DNA of 63,452 nucleotides, counting the filler, from Lenisia limosa (Eukaryota > Protista > Breviatea), in NCBI GenBank assembly GCA_001655205.1. It is 12 parts of 12 records of this genome, joined end to end, with 100 filler letters (N's around TTAATTAATTAA, not from the genome) between each part and the next. Parts side by side here need not be neighbours in the genome. Positions count along the whole stretch, not along the records: positions 1 to 17,386 come from LPNZ01011113.1; positions 17,487 to 19,285 come from LPNZ01009576.1; positions 19,386 to 20,577 come from LPNZ01002670.1; positions 20,678 to 25,936 come from LPNZ01011177.1; 8 more parts are not named here. The stretch is one strand, 5' to 3'. This document shows, in pieces, positions 13,120-25,360 of this stretch. The notes under the pieces were generated by a model. It ran no database searches, was not told the origin of the DNA, and was given only the letters and a program-made list of their open reading frames with translations. Position 1 is the stretch's first letter. Each line of letters starts with the position of its first letter. The position numbers and the translations under genes were made by a program.

Positions 13120-14343
13120 ATGCTCTCTTACTACGCCAAATGTGGAAGACCAAAGTCCACTGTTTTGGTTTGCCTCTAGATTCAGTACTATGTTGACTAT
13201 GCCAATAAACAGTTAAATAACGAATTGTTAAGGACTTTCAGCAGGAAAGTACGTACACTGTTTATTTTTCTTTTTCTTCTTTTTTTGTTGATTGTGTACA
13301 GCTAATTGGTCCGAATGGCAGTGGACGGAAAACGTTGGCAACAGAGTTGGAACGTATCGATGGAGATTCTCTTTTTGAAATGTGGGTTTATTCTTCGTTG
13401 GGCTGATTCTCTGTTCCATAGTGTTGTGTTCTGATACTACCTCCTTTCTACAATATTATCTGTCTTTTTATATTCTTTTCAGATGTTTTTCAGCCAAACC
13501 TGTTGCAGACCTTGAGAGGGTTGGAAGAATCGATTATATAGTCTTTGTGGTAGGTCTTTGTTTGGATTTCCTGTTGTAAAATCCTTTCTCATCTAGGCAA
13601 CACTCTTTCGGCAACTAGTTTAAAAGGACTATTAGAATTTGGGAACAGAGTTGCTATTTTTGTGTCATCGTGTCCAGTCACCAATACTATCAAGACAGCA
13701 TTCTCCCACTTGACCCAATTTAGGTAGATCTGACGAGTAAGGCATCCCTCGATTTGGCCCTGTCAGTAGTCCAGGATCTGGACCCTCGATATGTTTTCGG
13801 CGGCCACGCTTGTGTAGTCTGCACCAAAGGTATCATGGAACTTCTTCTTGTTAAAGGGTTTGTTATTTACCTGCTTCTATTTGATACACAAAGAATAACT
13901 TCCAATATTATACCACGCTAGAATTTATTAGTCTTCTGAACTTACTTGGCACATTTGTAGCAGACCGACGATTGAATTGGTCCGTGCCTCCTGGTGAACT
14001 GGATCCTTTGATATCCATCCGACCGATGCCATGCATTTGGGCGGCTTTGGGGGTTTGAGGGTCTGTCACTGGATAGGTTTATAGTATAGGAGTGTAATGC
14101 GAAATAAGATGAATGGGATAGGAGGTGTACTTGTGCTTTCAAGCATTGGAAATGACATGCTCAAGATGAATTTTATTTCTAGACTGAATCAGGAAGGGAA
14201 GAAGCGGGACAGAAACTAGCGGCTCTTGTGTCGTCAATACGCAGCGAAAACCGAACACGACCATCTCCGTCATTAATCCACTCTTTGATCTCAAGCGACG
14301 GCCTGCCTCAGTCGACTTTGCTTGATGTCGGGGGGGGGGGGGG
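13120..14343 (+). CDS. CENPM: CENP-M-like kinetochore (pseudo-)GTPase; 3' end lost in gap
   Basis: Spliced: MLSYYAKCGRPKSTVL|LIGPNGSGRKTLATELERIDGDSLFE|ICFSAKPVADLERVGRIDYIVFV|VDLTSKASLDLALSVVQDLDPRYVFGGHACVVCTK|ADRRLNWSV...|TESGREEAGQKLAALVSSI. This aligns by eye to human RIDLIVFVVNLHSKYSL...VDASFFLGKVCFLAT. Confidence 0.65.
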
Positions 14344-14599
14344 NNNNNNNNNNNNNNNNNNNNNNNNNNNNNNNNNNNNNNNNNNNNNNNNNNNNNNNNN
14401 NNNNNNNNNNNNNNNNNNNTGCCTTTGCTTCATTCTTATTCAAATCATGATCAAGATTTATCTGGTGCTCAAACTACATTTTTTCTATCTTATTACATTT
14501 AGATTGAGGCGCTACAGGAGTACAACCAAGCCATTGATGAAGCTGAGGGTGGGATGTAGCTTACATCTTGAACCATTTCGGACTGGATGACAAACAACA

Positions 14600-16520
14600 C
14601 ACTACCTTTTGAAAGAAGAGGTTGACTTTTTCCTTGGTTTTTCAAGCTCTAAAGTTGACTTTTCCTCTGATACAAGTTTCTGAATCGGAAGACCACTTTT
14701 AGGAGAAATGTTGTTTGTAATGTGTAGTAAAACGGAGGGAACCAGTTCAAAATCTATGAGGTAAAAACAAACATGCTGGGATTTCTCGTCTTTGGGGTTT
14801 CGTCAAACCTTCGATTGATACTTCAGTTTTTGGGATCACTGTCCGAGGAGGAGTCATAACTAAAATTATGAATAGAGGTTCTTTTTTATGGATATGATAT
14901 AGGCCACCCCCAAAGAAGGGGTTTTTTTTCAAATTTTGCTATATTTTGGGTTCGGTTTTACAGTTGGAAAATATGTAAATACCCTATTCTTCTGCAAAAG
15001 AAGTCTTGGAGAAGAATTTATCCACCAACACAAATCAAAACTGGCAGTGGGATCAGCAATATACTCTCTGATGAACGCGTAAATGTCGTTGAGGGTTTCT
15101 CTTGCTAAAAAGCTGGCTTCAAGACGAACTGCCCCAGGGAAGAGGAAGGCTACCCGACACTATGTAGTGAATAAAAAGAAGCAACTCTGAGCTGCCCTCA
15201 TGTCCCCTCTTACTTTCACATAAGTCTTTTTCTTTTTGGTAGACCTTTTTGTGAGTTAGGAAACATAATGACAAGAAAAATACATCTGTTTCTCTCCCAC
15301 TTGAACTGAAGCGTGTCGGAGTCTTTGGGTTTTGTACTGGAGGTCAAAAGAGAAGGTGTCATTTCGTAGAAGGAATCCGGAAGGGAAGCTGAAAATGTAA
15401 AAGGCTGCAGTCAATTGCAATGTTAGGTCAAAACCAAAAGAGTATACAATAATCAGATCCGGGAATACAACAACGGAACTCACGGCTGGCTTGCCGTGCT
15501 GTTGAAATTTCAAAAATTTTCACCTCTCGATTGTGATTGCTAAAATATAAAAAAAAGAGGAAAAGGTCTGAATGAAATATCAAAGTGCAGCATACAGCTT
15601 TGCTTTCTTGTGCATTTCCTCAATTTTTACGGCGTTTAGTTGCTCTTTTAGTCTGGCTGCCTCATAAATGGATTGAATATCCTCGTTTCTAAAGTGGTAA
15701 AGAGGTTAACGTATATAGAGAACAAGCAATCTCTTTAACACAAAATTCAGGTTTTAGAATTGAAAAACATATAGTAATGAGAGTGGTGCACCAACCGTTG
15801 TGACACTTGCTGCATAATGTGTTCTTTGCTAAGGGTTTCCTCAACCTTGGTTGCTAAAAGGGGATTAAATATGATACAAATGGGAGGCAATCTAACCTGC
15901 AGGCTGATATGCAACTTCAGGTCCTGTTGAGTGACTTCTATTCTCATGAAAAATATTATTAATACCAGAAAATTAGTTGATGCAAAAGTAAATGTTCATC
16001 GAAAAATGGCTTACTCTGAGGGAGGGATGACTTTTTTCTGTTCCTTGGGGACAAATTTAGTTCCCTATTGGATAACACGAATAAATAAGCCCAGAACAAT
16101 AAAATGTGCATCTTCAATGAAAGCAAACCTCCTTTTGAGGGGGAAGAGCAGGTTTCGGTTTCACAGTTTCAGTCATTTTTTGCTTATCAGATTTTGGCAT
16201 TTTTGAAGTCTGAAAAAATGGATTATTTTCTAGAATTTCTTCTAACTAAAACTATCAATACATTCACTTTTATTCTCTCTTCCCATATAATAGTGATATG
16301 TTGGATGGAGTCTGGTTCTACCTTCCTGTTTGCTATAGCACACGAACAGCTAACCAATATCGGCATAAATCAGATCATATACTAAATGTGTATAATATAT
16401 GTATGTAATAGGTAGTAGTAGCTCCTACCTCTTCCAATTGGCCAATGGAACCTAGCATTTCCTCTACCTCCGATGTCTCCAGTGTTGTTCCTCTGAGAAG
16501 TCAGATAACAACTTTCACAG
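14600..16520 (-). CDS. UBX-domain protein (TUG/ASPL/PUX1-like); boundaries approximate
   Basis: Exon ~15030-15160 reads CRVAFLFPGAVRLEASFLARETLNDIYAFIREYIADPTASFDL, followed by YMTPPRTV (a UBX-like FP...F...F-x-L-x-x-x-PP pattern). Confidence 0.55.
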
Positions 16521-16630
16521 GATAGTATTCTGTGCTTGACCCCCCCCCCCCCNNNNNNNNNNNNNNNNNNNNNNNNNNNNNNNNNNNNNNNNNNNNNNNN
16601 NNNNNNNNNNNNNNNNNNNNNNNNNNNNNN

Positions 16631-17258
16631 CTCAAGGGTTGTATTCATGAGCAATTCCACACCAGAGATCTGGGTTAGAATCAAAGCTTCAAACTGGTGT
16701 ATGGAGGATTTTCACCTGAGGCTCTTGCCAAAGCAACTTCTTTGTTTTGGGCTGTTCAATGAACCTGGATGTAACAGGAATAGCTAATAAGAACAAAATA
16801 AAAACTGTCATTTAATGATAGCAAAATGTTCCACAAGGTTGATTTGGTGGCAAAGGTATTTGTGATTCTTGACGGGTGGCCTTCAACACTGATACCAAGC
16901 TTTACTGAAGGTTGAGTCACAAAACACAAGTCGGGCGGTCCATTTGGATAATAAAAGAAGATGGTAATTGTTCTCCCAATGTAAACTAGCATATAGTTCT
17001 CACCTGAGAGAGTTTTATGAACCTTGAAAGCATCAACTTTAGCATTGTTTATCAACTTTGTTAACCGAACAGGGGAGGAATCGTCCAAAACTGACCCTTG
17101 GAACCAAGGTTATAATGAGGAACATACTTGAGTCTGTAAGAACCAGGTTCTTTGGCCTTGGCTGCTGCTTTCTTCACAAGGCAACCAACAGTCTCATTAG
17201 GGGTCACAGAGACTGAAACTGTGGAATGGGGAAAGTTGACAATAATAGCCACCATCAC
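16631..17258 (-). CDS. Unidentified spliced gene fragment with ubiquitin-like N-terminus
   Basis: MVAIIVNFPHSTVSVSVTPNETVGCLVKKAAAK resembles a beta-grasp start. No family assigned. Confidence 0.25.
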
Positions 17259-17386
17259 TTTGTTTTTAAAAGCCCTCTGGACTAATATGGAATGGGAGAA
17301 TTACTATATCTTTATGCAAGGTTACAAGGTTCGCAGTTCGCGGGAAGTTGGATTGAGATTGATGGGAGGGCAATGGGAGGGGAGGT

Positions 17387-17486
17387 NNNNNNNNNNNNNN
17401 NNNNNNNNNNNNNNNNNNNNNNNNNNNNNNTTAATTAATTAANNNNNNNNNNNNNNNNNNNNNNNNNNNNNNNNNNNNNNNNNNNN
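17387..17486. other. Artificial scaffold-joining spacer (N-TTAATTAATTAA-N). Linkers start at 17431, 19330, 20622, 25981, 32163, 34762, 37099, 51348, 55967, 60783 and 62081
   Basis: An identical 12-mer embedded in N runs, recurring 11 times. Confidence 0.97.
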
Positions 17487-18351
17487 AAAAGGAAAACAAG
17501 AATATTGAGATAAGTATCAAACAGTTACGAACCAGTGAGAGGGGGAAGGAAATTAAGATTAAGACTATTGGCGTAAAGGTACTAATTACGAGCCAAATAA
17601 CCTGAAACTCCAAACAAAAAAGGAGCAATAAAAAAAAGGAGCAATAGACAAACAATCGATGACAAAAACACCAAAACAAAACCCGAAAGATGAGCTGGTA
17701 AGTTGGTAAGATGAGGGGGTGAGATGCGGGTGTAAGAGAGGCCCCAAAATGACCAAAGGAATATCGCTATTTCGAAAGGAATAATAAGACCCCAAAAGAA
17801 CCCATCCATTTCCCCTGTACATCACTACCCACGTCCCCCATATTTCCTATTAACGAACCTGCCATCCTCCATAGCCGTTCGTAGCCTCTTGAATGGGCGA
17901 CTGAGAAAACTGCTAACAGGGAGTGAGCGTTTATTGGGGGAATGGTATTGAAGTTAAGAATGCTTGAAACAAAACCCAAAAAACAATATCATATGTGACC
18001 ATGACCCCTCCAATGAAAGCAAACAGTAATAATCTGAGTGTACCCCTTTTCTATTCACGAACGTACTTAATACCTTTTCAGTTCAAAAATACTCGCATCT
18101 TTAACCACAAACCACTCAAAACAACAAAAACAGTTCTTATTTATTTTATACTTTGTAATCTGTTTTCTCTTTTATTCTTCGTACAGGACGTTTTTATTGA
18201 ACTTTATTGTATTTCGTTCAATCTGTTAATTTGAAAAATATGATTGTCCCCNNNNNNNNNNNNNNNNNNNNNNNNNNNNNNNNNNNNNNNNNNNNNNNNN
18301 NNNNNNNNNNNNNNNNNNNNNNNNNNNNNNNNNNNNNNNNNNNNNNNNNNN

Positions 18352-18682
18352 CTTGCCACCCATCCTCCCGTGTCGCCCTCGTGCAGTGTAATGGTCAAAT
18401 CGGTACCGATGCTGCCGCCGGCGTAGGTGTAGAAGGAGTCAAACCACACCACCTTGCCTTGGTTGGCAACTGCGTTTTGGTACCACACCCTAAAAGGAGG
18501 TTACTAAAGAGGAAGCAACTCTTTTACATCCATCCACAAAAAGAAATTATTGAGGATACAAGTTCCCGATAAAGCAAGCAACCCCCACATTTGGCGGGCA
18601 TCATATGGGACCTCCTCGCTTTTGGGAGAGTCAAACACAGGCATCCCAGTCGAATCACAGGTGTAGAAGTGCTTCATATGGG
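18352..18682 (-). CDS. Cache (dCache-like) sensor domain fragment
   Basis: Spliced ...EVPYDARQM|VWYQNAVANQGKVVWFDSFYTYAGGSIGTDLTIT matches the YDxRxRxWYxxA...W..PY Cache motif pattern. Confidence 0.5.
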
Positions 18683-19006
18683 CCTATAATGTAAGTAATG
18701 TAAGCAATTATGTAGGTGATTTGCGGAAGTTGGTTTGAGTATCAGAAATTTTGTCAGCTTATTTTGTGTGAATTATGCCACTTTGGCGTCTTTCACCATA
18801 TACCCCACGTTTTGTTTATTTCATAACTTTTCCAATTTTACTGTTCCCCCCCCCCCCNNNNNNNNNNNNNNNNNNNNNNNNNNNNNNNNNNNNNNNNNNN
18901 NNNNNNNNNNNNNNNNNNNNNNNNNNNNNNNNNNNNNNNNNNNNNNNNNTCCAGTAGGGTTGACCTGGAAGATTAGAGTTGCGGCTTCCAAAATGCCTTG
19001 TTCAAA

Positions 19007-19124
19007 TATAGCAATGAGATAAAACATAAGGTTGTATCTGGCCGAAGCCGTACACCATCATGCTGAGAAGAGATATTGAATTATAGTCATTACATAATAT
19101 AAATTCACCCAATCATTTGCCTTA
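19007..19124 (+). mobile_element. Repeat family 2 (short MITE-like element), most complete copy
   Basis: TATAGCAATGAGATAAAACATAAGGTTGTATCTGGCCGAAGCCGTACACCA...TTCACCCAATCATTTGC. The same ends occur at 41623-41700 and 52959-53041 (minus). Confidence 0.7.
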
Positions 19125-20163
19125 CAACTCCGTGCACACAGCTTTCTGCGTGCCTCCACAGCATAGATATTTATGTTCCTAAAATTCAATACGATATTCT
19201 CATTTTATCAGACCTTTTCCAAGCACAATGGGTAAACACAAAAAAAGGGAACAGCATAAAGACCTTCATCATCATCCCCCCCCCCNNNNNNNNNNNNNNN
19301 NNNNNNNNNNNNNNNNNNNNNNNNNNNNNTTAATTAATTAANNNNNNNNNNNNNNNNNNNNNNNNNNNNNNNNNNNNNNNNNNNNGAGGTGGCATTTTGT
19401 TTGTCAGCGACAGAGCATAAACATCAAATGTAATTCAGTTGAATTGGCGTATAATACTTAGTGGTGTTATCCAGTTGAATTCGATACTATAGTAATACTC
19501 CTCAATGAATATCTTCAAAACCCTTTGAAATAACAAATAGAGAATGTGGTCCTGTATACCCTTGTATTTTTTGGTGGTTACACCAGATGCACACCCTCAA
19601 ACAATGATTAACAGCTTCTTGAGACTCGTGGAGAGGAAAAAATGTGACAGTTCGGGTGAATGTTCGGATAATTGTTCAGAGGGTCTTTATTGGTCTTTTG
19701 TTTAAAACAAAACTCTGGAAAACAAAAGTGAGGTACTCAGCTAGCAAATGGGCAAGAAAAAAATACTAATCAAAAATCTATGTTTCAAACTGTAAAAGAG
19801 GGGCTCTGAAAAAAAAAATTAGAGAAAAGGGGCAATGAACTGAACTGGATTTTTAAGAGACTATTCTAGAAAATTCTAAAAAAAAATCAATTTTGCTAAA
19901 AAAAAACGCTTTACCAGTGTTAATTATTGAAATATGTTTTTCCTCTGGTTTTTTTTTATTACTTTTACTAAATGTTTTTGTGTTACTCAGTGATGTTGTT
20001 TGAAAACCCCTGAAAGAGTTTCTTTTGGGTTATTTTTGCTTTAACCCCAACTCCCTCTCTAGACACGCAGGCACGAAGAAGGACCGACAGAGTGCCTCGT
20101 GCGATTCCTCGGGATGGTGGGTGTCTTTGTTGGCTCATTTAGTCCTCTTTTTGATGGTTTGAT

Positions 20164-20246
20164 CAGGGCTTCACTTCGGTTCGAAAAATACCAGTAAATT
20201 ATCGATAATTTTCGATAATTTATCGAGAAATTTAGTCTTTCTTCGA
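20164..20246 (+). mobile_element. MITE family 1 copy (right TIR lost)
   Basis: CAGGGCTTCACTTCGGTTCGAAAAATACCAGTAAATTATCGAT... Confidence 0.85.
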
Positions 20247-21173
20247 TCCTTAACCTTCCCTGATATTTTCCATTGGATTGCGAAGCGAGTACTCTTATTT
20301 TTCAAAAGATCAGTTTTAACACAATCTGGCTAGCTGTTTTAAAAATCATGAACATTTTTGACAAGCAATAAGACTTCTTCATTTTCTGGCCGTTTCTACA
20401 CTAACACTCCAGCGGTTAAGAAGAAACCGCGAAACGTTGTCATCACTAATCGTGGGTAAATGACTGTCTACTACTATGCTGTAATGTGTTTCTTTCATAA
20501 TTGTTCTTTGTTCTGAGAATGTTTGCGTGAACTCGCCACCCCTAATGGTTTATTAACTTGAAGAGCCCCCCCCCCCCNNNNNNNNNNNNNNNNNNNNNNN
20601 NNNNNNNNNNNNNNNNNNNNNTTAATTAATTAANNNNNNNNNNNNNNNNNNNNNNNNNNNNNNNNNNNNNNNNNNNNGAGATTTTTTGCGGAACAGTTGA
20701 AGGGCTTGGAGCAAGGGACGACCGTCTTCGACCCATATTGCTGGTGGTGACTGGGAGGAGTGAAATTGGAATTTATGAAACAAAAAAAAAAGCCCAAGTT
20801 AGTCTCTTCTGTAGCACCACATCCCATCGAGGTTAAAGTCAGATATCAACAAAATACACAAACACCCACACAAAATAACACATCACACAAGAAAAGACAA
20901 CATAATCATAATCACAAATAATATTAATAGAAAACAATCCCATGACAACATACACGGTGAAGTGGAAGTTGGCGGTGTGGGTTGTAGAGGAGACTTCATG
21001 GCTAAAGTCGATGAGTGAAACTTTCATTTGAAAATATTTGAAATTAGTAAATATTTCATTTGAAAATAGGTGACATTTTGTATTGAGATGCATTGTAAAT
21101 GGGGTTATCTTTTCATTTTGGTATCTCTATGCATTCTTTTGTCTTTAATAAATGCTTTGTTGTATTTTCAACA

Positions 21174-21365
21174 AAACTGATCAAATTTCATTTTGTCAAA
21201 AAGAGTGATTTTATTACGGCTCCGTGCAATTAATCGAAAAATTAATTGCAAAATTTGACGTGGGACATATGGAACTCCATTTCAGACACTTTAATTTCAA
21301 ACTAATTAATTGCGCGGTGTCCTTTTGCATTCTTTTTCAAAAGTTCGATCAAATTTGATCTGTTT
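21174..21365. repeat. Foldback / MITE-like inverted repeat
   Basis: AAACTGATCAAATTT ... AAATTTGATCTGTTT (14/15 inverted), plus internal CCGTGCAATTAAT ... ATTAATTGCGCGG (12/13 inverted). Confidence 0.6.
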
Positions 21366-21582
21366 CACCCACCAGNNNNNNNNNNNNNNNNNNNNNNNNN
21401 NNNNNNNNNNNNNNNNNNNNNNNNNNNNNNNNNNNNNNNNNNNNNNNNNNNNNNNNNNNNNNNNNNNNNNNNNNNNNNNNNNNNNNNNNNNNNNNNCTTC
21501 GACCTCCGCCGTGTTTAGATCCTGGGGAAATGCGTTGAGAATAATATGATGAATACAAAGTAGAAATAAGTTGTAGTATCAT

Positions 21583-21683
21583 TAGGGCATACCCTGGTCC
21601 GAAAAAGGCCTATAAAATATTGATAGTTTTTCGAGGAATTATCGACATATTCAGTCTTTTATCGTACTGAAACAGAAGCCCTA
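21583..21683 (+). mobile_element. MITE family 1, degenerate copy
   Basis: TAGGGCATACCCTGGTCCGAAAAAGG...TCGAGGAATTATCGAC...ACAGAAGCCCTA. Confidence 0.7.
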
Positions 21684-23971
21684 AGTAGACCGCGGAAACA
21701 AAGCCCAATTTTCCTTGTAAGTTACTTCGGCAAACCTGAAAGCCGTGCAATTGAATGGTGTTTCATAGGACCGAGGGTGTCATCCATCTCCTTTCATGTC
21801 AGAAATGGAATACGTGAAGTTTGGTAACAATAATAATGGTAATAATGGTCATGGTGATGGTGATAATAATAATAATAATAATAATAATGGTGATGATGAC
21901 GACATTGGTGATGATGATGAATAATTAATNNNNNNNNNNNNNNNNNNNNNNNNNNNNNNNNNNNNNNNNNNNNNNNNNNNNNNNNNNNNNNNNNNNNNNN
22001 NNNNNNNNNNNNNNNNNNNNNNNNNNNNNNNNNNNNNNNNNNNNNNNNNNNNNNTGGAGATTCATCGTCTGATGACGTGTCAACTCCCATCACCACGGCT
22101 CGTAGAAGAGCCCAATTATCCGCCGCCGTACTAAGTATATAAATTTATAAGATATACGATAATGTGTATATGTATAAATGGCATATGAATATGATGATAT
22201 AATAGATATAATTACATAGTATATCATATGAAAATACATAATATCTATATTAGTAATACATACATTATCGATATAGTAGTACGAATATACCAAAAATGTA
22301 ATAGTCATACATACATCATACATCACACTCATGCCCCCCCCCCCNNNNNNNNNNNNNNNNNNNNNNNNNNNNNNNNNNNNNNNNNNNNNNNNNNNNNNNN
22401 NNNNNNNNNNNNNNNNNNNNNNNNNNNNNNNNNNNNNNNNNNNNNNNNNNNNNNNNNNNNNNNNNNNNNNNNNNNNNNNNNNNNNNNNNNNNNNNNNNNN
22501 NNNNNNNNNNNNNNNNNNNNNNGTTGAGGTATTTACTTATATGATTGCAGGCGAAAAAACCATTGAAAAAGATAAAAAAACCCTCGATGAACTGAAGCAC
22601 TATAATACATACCAAGGTACCCACCCACCTTTTCGCCAGCAGGACCAAGTAATATGACGGAATCTGGGGGTTGATCTGTGTTATGCACGTCGAGTTTGAA
22701 GGCCATGGTTGATGGAATGCTGCCCTTATTGAAGACTGTGACTTTCCTAAACGGGATTACTGGCTTTCCTAATAAGGAAACTGCAACCTTCCTTATATGG
22801 CACCTGACGGGTTGAAAAGGGGAAATAAATCATACCTTGTCAAAAAGAAGTTACTAGCAACCTCGCCGCACGCCAAATCCCCAACGTGGTTGAGAATAAA
22901 CGTCCCCGCAACCGCCTAAAAAGGAAATAAATTGGAATAAGATACCCAAAAAGGAATATATTATTTTAAAAAACTGCAGAAGAAAAGGAAACCAAATAAA
23001 ATAGGTTTCAAAAAGGAAATAAATTGCTGCCGCAAATACCTTAATAGGAAGTTTTAAAGTGGAACATGCGGATGCAAGAATAACATTTCCTGAGGAGGGG
23101 TTAACTGAAAAAAAGCCAACTTCCAAAAACGCAAACAAAAATGCTCCCAAAAAGGCAAAAAAATGCTCCCAAAAAGGCAAAAGCACCCCATACCGGCAAA
23201 AGCACCGACGGCCTTCAGCTCAAGCCGCGTCTCAATAACCTGCATGCGGCCCGGTGGCAGTGTCAGTTCAAGTTCGTCATCATATTGGTCCGCACTGGGG
23301 GGTAAATTGGAAAATTTATTAAACAAAAAAGAAACCCAAATCAACTCTGATTAAGCCCAGCAGTGAACTAATGAAAATGAACGTCACGCCAAATTCCGAA
23401 TACGTTTGCTGGTCAGAAGTTGTACTGAGTGCACTTGAAATTGAGGAGGTTGAAGAGGCTTTTTCGAGTACCAAATCTACTTCGGTAAGAATAAATGCGA
23501 TCACTTTTTTTATACTGACTAGGTTCACAACACACACATGTATTCAAAATATACACAGTAACTGGGATAAATCTTGACCGATTTGCTGTATGATTTCCCA
23601 AGGAAAATTGGTCAAGTTTCCCGGTCAATGTACATATCATATCATACTACATGTATATAGNNNNNNNNNNNNNNNNNNNNNNNNNNNNNNNNNNNNNNNN
23701 NNNNNNNNNNNNNNNNNNNNNNNNNNNNNNNNNNNNNNNNNNNNNNNNNNNNNNNNNNNNNNNNNNNNNNNNNNNNNNNNNNNNAGGGGCACTTTCGCCT
23801 TCGTCCATGCTGGCGGAACGTCACTCTAAATTGTAAGTGATATACTTGGTAAATATTGCTCTAAATTGACAATTGAAAAAAGACTAAATAGTCTCAAAGA
23901 AGTAACAATTGAATAATATCACCCTACCCTCACTGTGATAGGAAGCCAGGAATGAGTCACCCCTACCTACC

Positions 23972-24071
23972 CAAGGCTTCATTTCGGTTCGAAAAAGACC
24001 GGTAAAATATCGATAGTTTTCGAGGATATATCGAGAAAGTTAGTATATTTTCGAACCGAAGTGAAGCCGTA
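23972..24071 (+). mobile_element. MITE family 1, full copy
   Basis: CAAGGCTTCATTTCGGTTCGAAAAAG...TTTTCGAACCGAAGTGAAGCCGTA; ~24-bp TIRs. Confidence 0.9.
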
Positions 24072-24207
24072 ACCCTCACCCCCTAATCTCCCGATTTGCC
24101 AATTCCTCCCTTTCCCACTGTGCGTCACGGTTTTTGCCTGAAATGCGAACATTTAGTGTGACCTGAATAATTAGTAGGTTTTAATGAAGTATATTATTTC
24201 TTAAGAA

Positions 24208-24430
24208 AGCAAGTTTAAATGTTCAGAAATTAAGCAAGTTTTAATGTTCAGAAGGATAAATACTAATATTGTTTATTAATTCATGTCCAAAAGAAAGAAA
24301 GCATGTATGCGAAATATCATTATCACAGTACTATTTCATGTCCAAAAAAGAAAGAAAGAAAGTAAGTTAAATTTCAGAAAGATTATTAATGATTATTACT
24401 TCATGTCCAAAAAAAGAAAGAAAGTAAGTT
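24208..24430 (+). repeat. Degenerate ~55-65-bp tandem repeat
   Basis: TTCATGTCCAAAA(AA)GAAAGAAAG at 24280, 24335 and 24400; AAGCAAGTTT(A/T)AATGTTCAGAA twice at 24208-24253. Confidence 0.7.
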
Positions 24431-24532
24431 TGAATGAATAATAGATAACTCTCACCACTTTCCCCTATTCCTATTCTTCACCAAAACGATAGATATCATA
24501 TCATAGAGTATAATAAGTGTATTTTTTGTTCT

Positions 24533-24607
24533 AGACTGAATTTCACGATAAATCCTCGAAAACTATCGATATTTCACCGGTATTTTTCAAACCAAAGTGA
24601 AGCCCTA
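24533..24607 (-). mobile_element. MITE family 1, inverted partial copy (another TIR end at 24888-24902)
   Basis: ...ATAAATCCTCGAAAACTATCGATATTTCACCGGTATTTTTCAAACCAAAGTGAAGCCCTA. Confidence 0.85.
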
Positions 24608-25360
24608 TCTACCTATCTACCCCCCAACAACCTGGCCGTGATTATGAACGGTGAAGCTCCGGAGAGCAAGAGCCTGAACAGCTACCATGTCAAAATCCAG
24701 AGACTGCGACACAAGGTCGCGGGGCGTGGACAGGCCCACAAATAATCGGCCGATTCCTCCTGATCCTGCTACTTCCATAGCGGTCACCTCGTTGTCCCAT
24801 GCGAGGTTGATGGAACCCTGGGGGGGGGGGGGNNNNNNNNNNNNNNNNNNNNNNNNNNNNNNNNNNNNNNNNNNNNNNNNNNNNNNNCAAAGTGAAGCCC
24901 TTTTATAACCTAGCAGAAAACGCCTCACCATTCCTAGGTACTAAGTTTACATTACCTGTTGCTGCAACTGTGGGAGTTCCTGACCTGTCGTTTTACCCGC
25001 CAAAGTACGAGGACATTGTGTTTTTTTTTTGTCAACATTTTAATAAGTTGTGATGGTTTGTATTATATGATATATACATACATAGTTAGATATATAATTA
25101 TAATCATCATTTAAATTTCCACATTTATGTGTTGTCATCAGCCAACAGAGTTGATTTGGGGTTTTATTTTTTGTTTCAAATGTTCCATTTTACTCCCTCA
25201 GCGTCCTCGCTGAGGACCACTCTGACCTCTTCAAGCTTCTGGTTTGTGGCTTGGATTTCCCACTCAACCTCTCTCTGTCTCACTTATTTGCACATTATCA
25301 TACACCCCCCCTATTTGTACAGNNNNNNNNNNCTTCAAATGTTCCATTTTACTCCCTCAG

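Noticed and set aside
17431-17442. Recurring TTAATTAATTAA palindrome as a biological motif
   Set aside because: It always sits centred in a 100-nt N spacer, so it is an artificial scaffold linker. Gene neighbourhoods across these linkers are meaningless.
24280-24430. CRISPR array
   Set aside because: Only 3 low-complexity, non-identical repeats, with spacers similar to neighbouring repeat units, no cas genes and a eukaryotic context.
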